In this document: piece by piece, positions 52,308-64,000 of the stretch | How the letters are laid out: each line of letters starts with the position of its first letter | Position numbering within the stretch: the first letter of the stretch is position 1 | NCBI RefSeq assembly: GCF_006345805.1 | Contig: NC_042997.1 | Location: 114,886,001 to 114,950,000 of the forward strand | Origin: Octopus sinensis | Lineage: Eukaryota | Length of the DNA stretch: 64,000 nt | Direction: 5' to 3' | The notes under the pieces: model-generated | Databases searched by the model: none | Told to the model about the DNA's origin: nothing | Seen by the model: the letters and a program-made list of their open reading frames with translations, nothing else | Made by a program: the position numbers and the translations under genes

Positions 52308-52675
52308 CAGTTCTAAATTTAAGAGATGAGGAATTATTTACATTATTTACATTTGACGGATATTTGTCCTCATCTTGTTTCTTGTTAATACGTTTCGGCT
52401 GATATACCCTCCAGCCTTCATCAGGTGTCTTGGGGAAATTTCAAACCTGGGTTCTCATTCTTAAGGTATTTTTCAATGTTGTTGTTGTTATTATCAAGCT
52501 TCTGAGTTTGATTCCAGGCAGTGACCTGAATAATAACAACAAAAATACCTTAGGAATGAGAACCCAGGTTTGAAATTTTCCCAAGACACCTGATGAAGGC
52601 TGGAGGGTATATCAGCTGAAACGTGTTAACAACAAACAATTTGAGGACAAATATCTGTCAAATGTAAATAATGTA
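52308..52675. mobile_element. Same palindromic family; spacer holds a tRNA-like B-box; ~13-bp decayed TSD
   Basis: Arms share gacacctgatgaaggctggagggtatatcagc(c/t)gaaacg; ataaaagtcgccc (52296-52308) vs ataaaagttgtcc (52675-52687). Confidence 0.8.
52585..52630 (+). ncRNA. Minimal type I hammerhead motif, family 1 (degenerate)
   Basis: GACAC-CUGAUGA-A-GGCUG[gaggguauau]CAGCU-GAA-ACGU; 3-nt deletion at the cleavage site/stem I' relative to the 23.7-kb copies (ACGU-U-GUGUU). Confidence 0.65.
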
Positions 52676-53017
52676 TAAAAGTTGTCCTTTATCATCAGTT
52701 GCTAATTTATTCTAGTATTCTGTCAGTTCTCTGCTGGTGTCAGCTGTTGCATAGGAATGTTTTTGCCTAGAATTGATCAATTTTCTTTAATGACTTAGCA
52801 GAATGTTGGTGACTATCTTCTGGAATGTCAGACCTCCCCCAAAAAGAAGTTCGTGCTAATAACAATATCTATCACTTCATATCTTCAGGGCCCACCCTGA
52901 CACCTCATCACCTCTATTTTCATCTCTTTCCAGTTCTACTCTACCCACTTTCCCTTCTGTTTTGTAATATGAGTAGGTGTGTATCTCCCCTACAGCAAGA
53001 AACCCATTCTGTTCTGA

Positions 53018-53068
<51 letters not shown>

Positions 53069-53633
53069 TTTGTCCCCTTATCCCCTAGCATAAAACTGCA
53101 TGACAACCTCACTAATGCTGGTACCACAAAAGAAAGCACCCAGTGCACTCTACAGGGTGGTTGGTGTTAGGGAAGGCATCCAGCTGTAAAAACCATTTCA
53201 CAGCAGACACTAGAACACAATTCAATCTCTGGACTTGTTGAATCCTCATAAACTGTCCTGTCCATGCTAGCATGGAATATGGACATTAATTGGCCATATT
53301 ATTTTTCTGATGCATAGATTTTGATATTTTTTGTAATTTTGTTTTCTTATAATTCATTTGTTAAATAAACTAACAGTTATCCTCTAATTTCTGTATTTAC
53401 AAAGAGGAAAAATAGAATGTTTTTGTTTTTATTTTACTCAGTTTTTTTTTGGTACCAGTGGGAAGAAAACTCTATTCAAATAATCTTTTATAAGAGAACA
53501 AATATGTTTGTACCAATTTGATTGATAACCAGTTTATAAACCATTGGTGTTTTCAAGAAATTATATTTTTCTGTAAATTTTTTTTTTAAATGATTAAACA
53601 CTCAATTTATTGTAATTTTCCTTGAATTTTCAG

Positions 53634-53739
53634 AGGATGTATTGACAGAGGATAAAGGTGAATGTGTGATATGTTTGGAAGATCTCAAACAAGGGGACAC
53701 CATAGCACGACTTCCTTGTCTTTGTATATATCATAAAAT
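53634..53739 (+). CDS. ZNRF1/2: Internal coding exon of the ZNRF1/2-like ligase (N-terminal half of RING domain)
   Basis: Acceptor aattttcag| and donor |gtaagt; 106 nt. The G left by the previous exon plus AG gives Glu, then DVLTEDKGECVICLEDLKQGDTIARLPCLCIYHK, in frame across a 16388-nt intron. Matches ZNRF1 DDVLTKDAGECVICLEELLQGDTIARLPCLCIYHK. Ends in phase 2 (AT|); final exon not found in window. Confidence 0.95.
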
Positions 53740-56700
53740 GTAAGTTGATATTTTTTCCTTTTCTCTTTTTTTCTCTTCAGTTTGGGAATTCCCCACTCCC
53801 TTGTTTTTTGGGTTTTTTTTTATCTAGATCTGTCTTGTGGAATAAAGGATTGGTTTCTAAAGCGTGACTTGCAATACTCTGATATGTGTCTAGCAATCTG
53901 AAGGTGTGGGCATGACTGTGTGGTAAAAAGCTTGCTTTTCAACCACATAGTTCCAGGTTCAGTCCCACTGCTTGGTACCTTGGGCAAGTGTTTTCTGCTA
54001 TAACCTTGGGCCTACCGAAGCCTTGTGAGTGGATTTGGTAGACGGAAACTGAAAGAAGCACATTGTATATGTGTAAGTATGTGTGTATCTTTGTGTCTGT
54101 GTTTATCCCCCCACCATTGCTGGTGCGTTTACATCCTAGTAACTTAGCAGTTCAGCAAAAGTAATTGATAGAATAAGCACCAGTCTTAAAAAAAGAAAAT
54201 AAACAGTAATTAGTTCTGGGGTTGATTCATTCGTGCCACAGTCTGACTGAAACAAGTGAAAGATATGTAGCCTTGTGAGATAAAGTGTTTGGAACAGACT
54301 GGAAACCATGAATTCTGTGTTCTCTGACATGTTTAAATATCCTCTGAAGCCCTCTGAACCAACAAGAGAAGAGCAACTACCTCTCCAACCCCTGCCAGCA
54401 TAGAAAGCAGATGTAAAACAGATGATGTGATAACAATGATGATAATAAATAACCAGCCTCAGCCTATAAGTAGTTTAGTCTATATGTCTGTTTAAAGTTT
54501 TGACATATGAAAAGTAACATTATAAAGAGAGTTTGTAATTCCTGGCTTATATCATCGTTTCAAAGCAGAGTAATATTTCTCCATGACCAAATGTGCTTTT
54601 GTGGAAGATCAGTAGTCCACTCTGCAGAGTGGTTGGTGTTAGGAAGGGCATTCAGCTGTAAAATCCCTGTCGAAACAGGAACAGTAGCCTAGGGTAGTTT
54701 TTCTTGTCATCTGTCCTACTCTTGCATGCATGGAAGATGGATGTTAAATATCATTGATGATGATGACGGACACTGATTCATGACTATCCCACAATGAGTG
54801 GGGTGGAGCGCACGCACACACACACATGACAAGCTTCTATCAGTTTCCACCGACTAGATCCACTGAGAAGGCTTTGGTCAGCTCGAGACAGTAATGAAAG
54901 GTGCTTAGAATGAAAGATACTTGCCCAAAGTACCACTCACTAAGATTGAACTTGTAATCATGTGATTGTGAAAAAAACTTCTTAGCTACAGAGCCATGCC
55001 AGCAACTATTGAAAAAATCCTATACATTATATATAAAAAAAAAAAATCAAAACTACTTGTTCCTGTGCTGGTGCCACATAAAAACCGCCTGTGATGCTGC
55101 CATGTAAAATACACTGAGTACACTCTATAAATTATTTGGCATTAGGAAGCGCATCCAGCTGTAGAAACCATGCCAAAACTGACAATTGGGACCTGGTGCA
55201 GCTCTCCAGCTTGCCAGCCCCTGTCAACCCGTCCAACCCATGCCAGTGGTGAAAACAGATGGTAAATGAGGAGGAGGATGATCGAATTAACATTACTGAA
55301 CGAAGTACACCAATAACAAGATAACAATGTCTTCTGTGTAGCACATGTTTATGTATCCCTGAAGACAAGCCAAGCTTTTGTTTATCAATATCCTGTTTGT
55401 TTCTCTACCTCCCCAGCAGATAGGGTATGAGAGGTGGGGGTGGGGTGAAGATGCAAGAATGTGGTGGGTAGAGAGTGTGAGAGAGAGAGAGACCTATAAT
55501 GATAGGGATGGAGAACATCAGGTACATAGGAGTGAATATAGTGAGTGGTGAATAAAGGGTAGAGTTAGTCGATGGCAGACATGAGCTGGCATTATGCATG
55601 AAGCATTGGCACCAATAGGATGAGGAAGGGGTAACTGGGAGTATAGAGAGGGGCTGAAATATTCAGTTCTCCCCACATTTAATTACAGCAGTAGAATAAT
55701 TCAAACTGAACATCAACTGCATGAATCTCAGTGAGGGACAGCTGTTACTCTGTTGCTGCTTATTAACAAGAACCAATATGTTCAAAGCAGATTTGAACCC
55801 AGACGTAGGAGCTTTGCTTCTATATCTAGAGTGATGTACTGAATACATGAATAGAAATATAATTTTAATCCTTTTGGCATTCAGAATTATTCCCTTAAAT
55901 ATGATGCTTATTCATTCACATTGATTTGAACCACCTCTGGCTCTGTAGTACAAATGTCTTGTTTTCAAAACTTCTCAATTAAAATCTTCCACCAAACCTT
56001 AGTCACAATTTATGTTCCTAACACCAGCTGAATGATAACTAAGTTATTTTACTAAATTCTCTGTTATATTTAAAGTAATTGAAAGCAACACTGAGCATCT
56101 CAACAGAAATATTGTAACAAAAGGGTTAAGATATACAATAGAGAAACAGTTCGTAATCCTTTTGTTACCAACCTGGCTGAAACCAGCTCTGGCTCTGTAG
56201 TACAAATGTCTTGTTTTCAAAAGTTTTGAATTAAAATCTTCCACCAAACCTTAGTCACAATTAATGTTCCTAACACTAGCTTAATGATAACTAAGTTATT
56301 TACTAAATTCTTTGTTATATTTTAAATTAACTGGAAGAAACACGGAGCATCTCAACAGAAATATGGTAAAAAATGATCTCTGCCTTCCTGAGCTAGTTTT
56401 CCTCCACATTTCTTAAAAATCATGGTGGAGGCCTTGGTCTTGGGATCACTCATGTCTAGAAACTAAGGTTGGGAATAAGCAAGGGGAGGCTCCTCATAGA
56501 AAAGCTTCATGATAGCAAGGGAGAATGGGCACTAGCCAGCCCAAAGGTTGGGGTGGGCTACACTTGCCTGCCTTGTGAGTGAAATTATTTGATGGAAACT
56601 GTGGAAGCCCATTGTGTATTTTTTATATATAAATGTGTGCATGTGTGTGTCTGTATGTATGTTCCTCCACCATCACATAACTGATGCTGGTTTGTTTATA

Positions 56701-58474
56701 TCCTTGTCACCTAGCAATTTTGGTGACAAGGATATAAACAAGCACCACACTTAAATAAGTCCTGGGATTGATGTGTTTGTCCAAACCCTTCAAGATGGTG
56801 CTGCAGCATGGCCAGAGTCCAGTGACTGATATAAAAGCTAAAAGATATATATTAGAAATAATTATGTGGGATGGGGGTGAAACCTCACATTTCTAAATGG
56901 TTTTATTTTCCTATGTCAATCAATTTATCATCTTGTATATCTACTTAGCGACACATTTGTCACTATTTCCCCCTGCATCCCTCTTCAGCTGAGCAGTCCT
57001 AAACTTGTGGGCTTGTGGGTACTGGGCCACGTAAAAAAGCACCTGTGCCAGTGCCACGTAAAGGCACCCAGTACATTTCTGTAAAGGGGTTAGTGTTAAG
57101 GAGGAAGGCATCCAGCCGTAGAAACCATGCCAAAACAAGCACAGAGCCTGAGCAGCCCTCCAGCTGACTAGAACCTGTCAAACTGACCAACCCATGCCAG
57201 CATGGAAAATAGACATTAAACACTTATGATGATGATAAGTTTTGCTGATGAGTTCAGAATAACTCTAAAATGTCCATGGTTATCTCTTGCATTTGCGAGT
57301 ATAAAGTTAAAATATCAGTCATTGCCAGTACCGCCTGACTGGCCTCTGTGCCGGTGGCACGTAAAAAGCATCCACTACACTCAGAGTGGTTGGCGTTAGG
57401 AAGGGCATCCAGCTGTAGAAACTCTGCCAGATCAAGATTGGAGCCTGGTGCAGCCATCTGGTTTGCCAGCCCTCAGTCAAAATCGTCCAACCCATGCTAG
57501 CATGGAAAGCGGACGTTAAATGATAATGACTAATATTGTTTTTTTTAAATTTTTAATGCTATCTGCATAATTATTGGTTTTAAATTTGCTTTTCAATGCT
57601 CAATGCATTAAATATGGTAATGTTATGTTTTTACCGATGGCATGCTTCAGTGATGCTAACAGTCCAGTCTCTGCAAAAGTCATGGTAGTGGGTGGGGGTG
57701 ATGACAGTGGGGTGGGTGAGTGGTTTGAATTGGTATGTGACAAATCGTTTGAAATAGAAAGTCTTTTTAAAAAAATGAAACCTGATAAATCAGTTCCCAG
57801 CCACATCCCTAAGCATCTAGGCCTTGTAACATGTTGGTTCCTGTTTCATTGCTGTTAGATCACAACAGCATCACTTTGCCATCTCATCATTTAGCATTCT
57901 TTTTTGTTTTCTCTCTCTCTCTCTCTCTCTCCTACATGATCTGTTTATGCTGCTCAGACAATATGAATTATGATCAAAGTAGCTTTACATCTTCCTTTCA
58001 TTAGCATTATTGTTTTAAGTAAAGACATAGTATTGAATTATAGAATTGGCTGGTTCAGAAAAATAGTTGATGGGATGAGTTAGTGTTTCATGGAGCAGTT
58101 ATTGTTTGTTTAACTCGGCTCTCAACCAGGGTCCGTATGACCCTTGGGGCCCCGTAAAAGATTTTGTTAATTATGTGCAATAAATTGGTTATTCTCCTAC
58201 ATTACAGAAAATATTTTAGCAATTATTTTTTATACAATTCCTTGATAATAATTAATTATAAAAATATAGGATTTTTTTACAACCGCAAATGGCTGTTAGG
58301 GTCCAGATGTGTAAAATAGGGATCAAAGGGGTTTGTAGACAAAAAATGACTGAAGCACTGGTTTACCTCAAGATTAACCCAGTTCAAGTTGACCTATAAC
58401 CAAAAGCTGTCAAAGTATGACCCTGCAGTCCCCCTTTTTTTTCGCATTTTTGTTAAGGTAGAGTGTGTAGTGTA

Positions 58475-58511
<37 letters not shown>

Positions 58512-58624
58512 ATACACTTTTCTTGACATCATGTGATAGTTATAAATGACCATCACCATCATACAAATGAAGTTGCTTGTTTTTGGTCTTCTCTGAAAAC
58601 ATGTCTGGCCAAAGGGGAAAATAT

Positions 58625-59084
58625 CCTTTTCTTCTCTAGGCACAAAGGCCCGAAATTTTGGGGGGAGGAGGCACAGTCAATTAGATAGACCCCAGTATGC
58701 AACTGGTACTTAATTTATCGACCTTGAAAGGATGAAAGGCAAAGTTGACCTCGGTGGAATTTGAACTCAGAACGTAAAGACAGATGAAATACCGCTAAGC
58801 ATTTCACCCGGTGTGCCAATGATTCTGTCAGCTTTCCACATTAATGGCAATGTAAATATAATATTCTTTTCTTCTCTAGGCACAATGCCCGAAATTTTGG
58901 GGCAGGGGGCCAGTGAATTAAATCGACCCCTGTACACAACTGGTACTTAATTTATCAACCTCAAAAGGATGAAGTGCAAAGTTGACCTCAGCGGAATTTG
59001 AACTCAGAACGTAAAGACAGATGAAATCTCGCTAAGCAATTCGCCCGGAGTCCTAACGATTCTGCCAGCTCACCGCCTTCAAGG
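58625..59084 (-). mobile_element. SINE family D dimer nested in another repeat, 11-bp TSD
   Basis: ggggaaaatat at 58614-58624 and 59085-59095. Confidence 0.8.
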
Positions 59085-60830
59085 GGGGAAAATATTACCT
59101 TGCCAGCAAACAGGTTGGTGACAGGAAAGGCATCTGACCCATGCAAGCGTGGGGGAAAGGAACATTGTAGAGACTGATAGAAGTAGTACCAAACGTAAAA
59201 ATATGTAAGTTCTGGGTCGATTTGTTTGACTGAAAAATCTTCAAGGTGTTACCCCAGCATGGCCATTTCTGATGACTGAAACAAGTATAAGATAAAGAAT
59301 TAAATGATGATGCATGTTGCGTGGGTGTGCATACATTTGTGAGGTTGCAGACGAGGAAAAAGTACTCAACACAGAATTGGAGTAAGTATTTATTACAGCG
59401 AGGTTATTCAGTTTCATATTTGTCACTGGCTGATCTTGTAACTGGTTTCTGATACGTGACTCATGATATTTATAACACTATTTGTGGTCAATCATTGGAT
59501 AAAAAATGGGTCATTTGGAAAAGAATAGAAAATGATATAAAACACAGTATGACTTTGTGTGTATGTGAAAATAATGGAAAGAAAAGTGATAGTTTCCCTT
59601 CAACGATATTACATACACTTCCACACACAGGTACACAGTAATATTTGTTTTGTTGTTTGACGGTATGGACACAATAAAGACAATATGACTTGGACAATAT
59701 TTGTGTAACTTTCAGTATATTTATCTGTTTCCCTATCTTTCATTTGTCTTGGTGTCTTTCTGTTTATTCAATTATCTGCATTTGTTTTGTTTTTTTGTCT
59801 CTCTCTCTATATATATATTTGTCTGTCTCTCTTTGTGTATCCATCTATTTGTCTGTCTGTTTGTCTATTATTTCATCTATTTGCATATTCATTTACCCTT
59901 GCATCTCTATCTCTTTCTCACACACACGCACTATCATCATCGTTTAATGTCCGTTTTCCATGCTAGAATGGGTTGGACAGTTTGACTGGGGTCTGGGAAG
60001 CCAGGAGGCTGCACCAGGCTCCAGTCTGATCTGGCAGTGTTTCTACAGCTGGATGCCCTTCCTAACTCTGTGAGTGTAGTGGGTGCTTTTTACGTGTCAC
60101 CGGCACAGGTGCCAGGGGATGCTGGCAGCGGCCACGATCGGTTGGTGCTTTTTATGTGCCACCAGCACAGAAGCCAGTCAAGACAGTGCTGGTATCAGTG
60201 ACATTCACATAGTGCTTTTTACATGCCACTGACACGGGGATCACGGGATTGGCTATAAACCGCTCAACACGCTGAAAGATAGATGCCAGAGGACACTGTT
60301 ACCACCTTAAAATCTCCTATAATAGCACACTGGGTTGAGCAAGACACTATTTCATACTGATTTTTACCCTTTATTATAATATATATATATATATATCACC
60401 GTGATCGACCAGGCTATCAGATGTTGCTACTCATTGCTGGTTACAATGCGCTTTGCATTGTTTTAGCCTTCAAATGACGCTACCCCGCTGGCTAAGCGAG
60501 CAGGCCAACAGAAGAAAGAGTGAGAGAAAGTTGCGGCAAAAGAGTACAGCAGGGGTCGCCACCACTCCCTGCCAGAGCCTCATGGAGCTTTAGGTGTTTC
60601 CGCTCAATAAACACTCACAACGCCTGGTCTGGGAATCGAAACCGCGAGTCCACCGCTCTAACCAATGGGCCATTGCACCTCCACATATATATATATATAT
60701 ATCATCAACCCATGCCAGCATGGAAAGCAGATGTTCTGAAGATTAGAGGCTTCGAATGACCCGTCCGTTTTTTGTGTCGTCTCTTTGTGTATTTTGCGTT
60801 CTTGTCCCATTTTGTATTTTTATATATAAT

Positions 60831-60912
<82 letters not shown>

Positions 60913-60919
60913 TGACCAC

Positions 60920-61232
60920 CTGGCACTCCAGTTATGATGACGAGTGTTCCAGTTGCTCGAATCAGCAGAGCAGCCTGCTTGTGAAATTAATGTGCGAGTG
61001 GTTGAGTACTCCACAAACATACATTCCTTTAATGTAGTTCTCTAGGAAATTCAATGTCACACAGATTGTGACAAGGCTGACCCCTTTGAAATATAGGTAC
61101 AGCTCATTTCGCCAGCTGAGTGGACTGGAGCAGTATGAAATAAAGTGCCTTGCTCAAGGACACAACACACAACCTGGTCCAGGAATTGAAACCACAATCT
61201 TATGATCAGGAGTCCTCCACGCTAACCACTAA
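60920..61232 (+). mobile_element. SINE with aagtgtcttgctcaaggacacaac 3' module (also ~39485-39740-, 51930-52210+, 61610-61790+)
   Basis: Shared body cagcctgctcgtgaaattaa...gtgacaaggctggccc and tail module. Confidence 0.65.
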
Positions 61233-61568
61233 CCTACACGCATATATCATCATCTTCATTTAACGTCCATATTCCATGTTGGTATGGGTTGGATGGTTTG
61301 ACTGAAAACTGGTAAGACAGGGCTGCACCAGGTTCCGATCTAATTCGGCAAGGTTTCTATGGCTGGATGCCCTTCCTAATGCCAACCACTCCGAGAGTGT
61401 AATGGATGTGCTATTGACCTGACGCCGGCATCAGCCACAACTATGATTTCACTTGGCGTGACAGGTTTACACAAGCATGGTAAGTTGCCAAAGGTCTTGA
61501 TCACGTGTCATTGCCTCCATGAGGCCCAACACTTGAACGGTGCTTTTTATGTGCCACTTACATAGATG

Positions 61569-61611
<43 letters not shown>

Positions 61612-61985
61612 GTCTCATTGTGGCACTCCGTTGGTTGTGACGATGAGGGTTCCAGTTGATCCGATCGACAGAACAGCCTACTTGTGAAATTAATGTACAA
61701 GTGGATGAGCACTCCACAGACGCATAGTTCTCGGGGAGATTCAGCGTGACACATTGTGTGACAAGGCTGGCCCTTTTAAATACAGGTAAAACAGAAGCAG
61801 GAAGAAAGAGTGAGAGAAAGTCGTGGTGAAAGAGTACAGCAGGGTTCACCACCATCCCCTGCTGGAGCCTCATGGAGCTTTAGGTGTTTTCGCTCAATAA
61901 ACACTCATAACGGCTGGCTCAGGGAATCGAAACTGTGATCCTACAACCGTGAGTCCTCTACCCTAACCACTGGGCCATTGCGCCT

Positions 61986-62020
<35 letters not shown>

Positions 62021-63544
62021 GCTGTATGATTAAGTGTACTTTGCAACTATATAGTTTCAGATTCAGTCTCACTGTGGAACTTACGGCAAATAGCTTTTAT
62101 TACGACCTTGGGTCAGCCTGTACATTCTGAGTGAAATTTTGTAAATGGAAACTGTACAGAAGCTTGTAGTATGTATTTGTGTTTATATTTATATCCTGTA
62201 ACTTGCAGATATGCAAGTTATGGGATACAAACATAGGAAGGAAAAATCAATAAGTGCATGATTTAAATATGAACTAGGCTCAATATAATCTAAAGCATTG
62301 AAGGAAATTGATTTTATATTGATCATTATCATTTAATGTCTGTTTTCCATGCTGGCATGGGTTGGTTGGTTTGACAGGAGCTAATAAAGCTGGGAGTTGC
62401 ACAAGGCTCCATTGTCTATTCTGACATGGTTTTCATGCCTGGGTGCCCTTCCTAACAGCTATCACTTTGCAGAGTCTACTGGATGCTTTCTATGTGGCAC
62501 TAGTACCAGTGCTTTTTGACTAATATTGGGACTAAAGACCCTGACAGTATTAAGTCTTTTTGAAGCTACCTAAAATGCCTAAGCATTTTAGAGAATAAGG
62601 CAAAAACATCTTCTAGCTCACAAACCTCTGCTCTATCATAAATGCCCATAAATGCTTCTTCATCCTTGATGAGCTATTATTCTATAAAGGTAAAGTGATG
62701 GTTTGTATAATTTTTAAATGAATGATCCTAAAATAAATTAACAATTTTTTACCATTTCCAATTTTTGTAGGGTTAATTAGCTTATATATGGGATAAGCTA
62801 AAATATTTATCCATATGGTATGTGAAGGTTATGCAAGAGTTGCCACTTAAACATTCAACACTCATCTGTCTTAAGGTGGGCTGCTGGTATATGTGTTTCT
62901 ACATTGATGTCATATGTCACAATATGTATTTTTTTTATATATATAACTTTTTTGTTACATTATTTGAAAGACATTAATGTATTAGGAATGTCAATTTTAC
63001 ACATCCACATCCTGGGGCTGAAACCATTTGGAATTTAATATATTTGGTGCTAACGGCTGAGTGCAAACATGTTTTTATTAAAATTGTGAGTCTGACAAGA
63101 TGTTTTGTTGATCTTAGCTTTAATAAAAGTGTGTGTGTGTGTGTATCTGTGTGGACTCCACATGCTACAATACAGACAACTCATCTTGGTAGGCGAGTAA
63201 CACTGTATAAGAACTGCAGAGAACCTTCTGTAATGCTGGTGGTGCAATAAAATGCACCCAGTCCATGCTGTAAGCCATACACAAGAACAATATTGGCTGG
63301 TTTTCTGTGGTGCTTTGTCTGCCAAATGTCAATGACTGCAATCAGTGATGGGATTCTGTGAGATCTGTCCAACCTATACTAGCATGAAAGAAAAGTGTAA
63401 AATATTGATAACAGGTGCAGGTGTGGCTGTGTGGTGAGAAGCTTGCTTCCCTGCCATATGATTCTGGGTTCAGTCTCATTGCATAGCACCTTGGGAAAAT
63501 GTCTTTACTATAGCCTCATGCCAACCAGAGCCTTGTGAGTGAAT

Positions 63545-63576
<32 letters not shown>

Positions 63577-63667
63577 GGGAGAGTTCACGAAAAACACAAA
63601 AGACGAAGACAGGTGGTGTAGAAAACAAACAGATGTATTAGTATAATGCTCAGGAATTGAAAAAGGT

Positions 63668-63703
63668 CATTTACGTTTCAAGCCTACGCTCTTCTACAGA
63701 AAG
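63668..63703 (-). ncRNA. Hammerhead-like motif, family 5 (CUGU core) within repeat ~63577-63750; second copy 22929-22964
   Basis: CUUU-CUGUAGA-A-GAGC[guag]GCUU-GAA-ACGU-A-AAUG; the other copy has a perfect CUUU/AAAG stem I. Confidence 0.55.
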
Positions 63704-64000
63704 GGACACAGAAAGAAACAAGGAGAGAAAAAAAAATGTGTGTAGTGGCTACCGAGTGTTTGTGCTTGTTTTTGTCCCCTACCACCGCTTGACAACTGAT
63801 GTTGGTGTGTTTACGTCCTCTTGGCAATTTGCAAAAGAGACTGATTGATTAAGTACCAGGCTTTAAAGAAAAAGAAAAAAGAAGGTACTGGGGTCAATTT
63901 ATTTGACTAAAAGATTCCTCAAGGTGCTGCCCCAGCATGGCCGCAGTCGAATGACTGAAACAAAGGTTAAAAGATTTTAAAAAAAAGTAAGTGATATGTC

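Noticed and set aside
57244-57275. CUGAUGAGUU..AACUC
   Set aside because: GAAA missing; the hairpin overlaps the core.
57574-57858. ORF containing GEWFELVC as the missing last RING exon
   Set aside because: Lacks CID..WFEVNRSCPEH spacing and a suitable acceptor.
59685-59985. Hydrophobic ORFs resembling membrane proteins (also 23225, 49647 and most other short track ORFs)
   Set aside because: Arise from microsatellite, low-complexity or SINE sequence; no splice or homology support.
60733-60770. CUGAAGA...GAAU...GUC
   Set aside because: No convincing stems I or II and no GAAA.

Overview
AT-rich, microsatellite-rich eukaryotic DNA. The SINE families and (CAT)n/(TA)n/(CA)n landscape point to a coleoid cephalopod, most likely Octopus; this is inferred from repeat content only. 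The only host gene I can support is a ZNRF1/2-type RING E3 ubiquitin ligase on the + strand. Two internal coding exons are visible (37150-37245 zinc finger; 53634-53739 N-terminal half of the RING); first and last coding exons were not found, so nearly the whole window is intron. The introns are packed with mobile DNA: a 5'-truncated CR1/L2-group LINE whose EN-RT ORF2 is broken by one stop and whose ORF1 remnant carries a CCCH finger; RTE 3' fragments; several tRNA-derived SINE families; an internally deleted Tc1 nested in a TTAA MITE; a Helitron-like element; and three near-identical tandem duplications. The most striking signal is a set of palindromic or SINE-like elements carrying minimal, Penelope-type hammerhead ribozyme motifs of at least five sequence families. 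These include a G3:C8-swapped core, a CUGU core, and copies linked to a tRNA-like Pol III head or flanked by long target-site duplications. Most copies carry core mutations and activity is untested. Dispersed-repeat coordinates are approximate.
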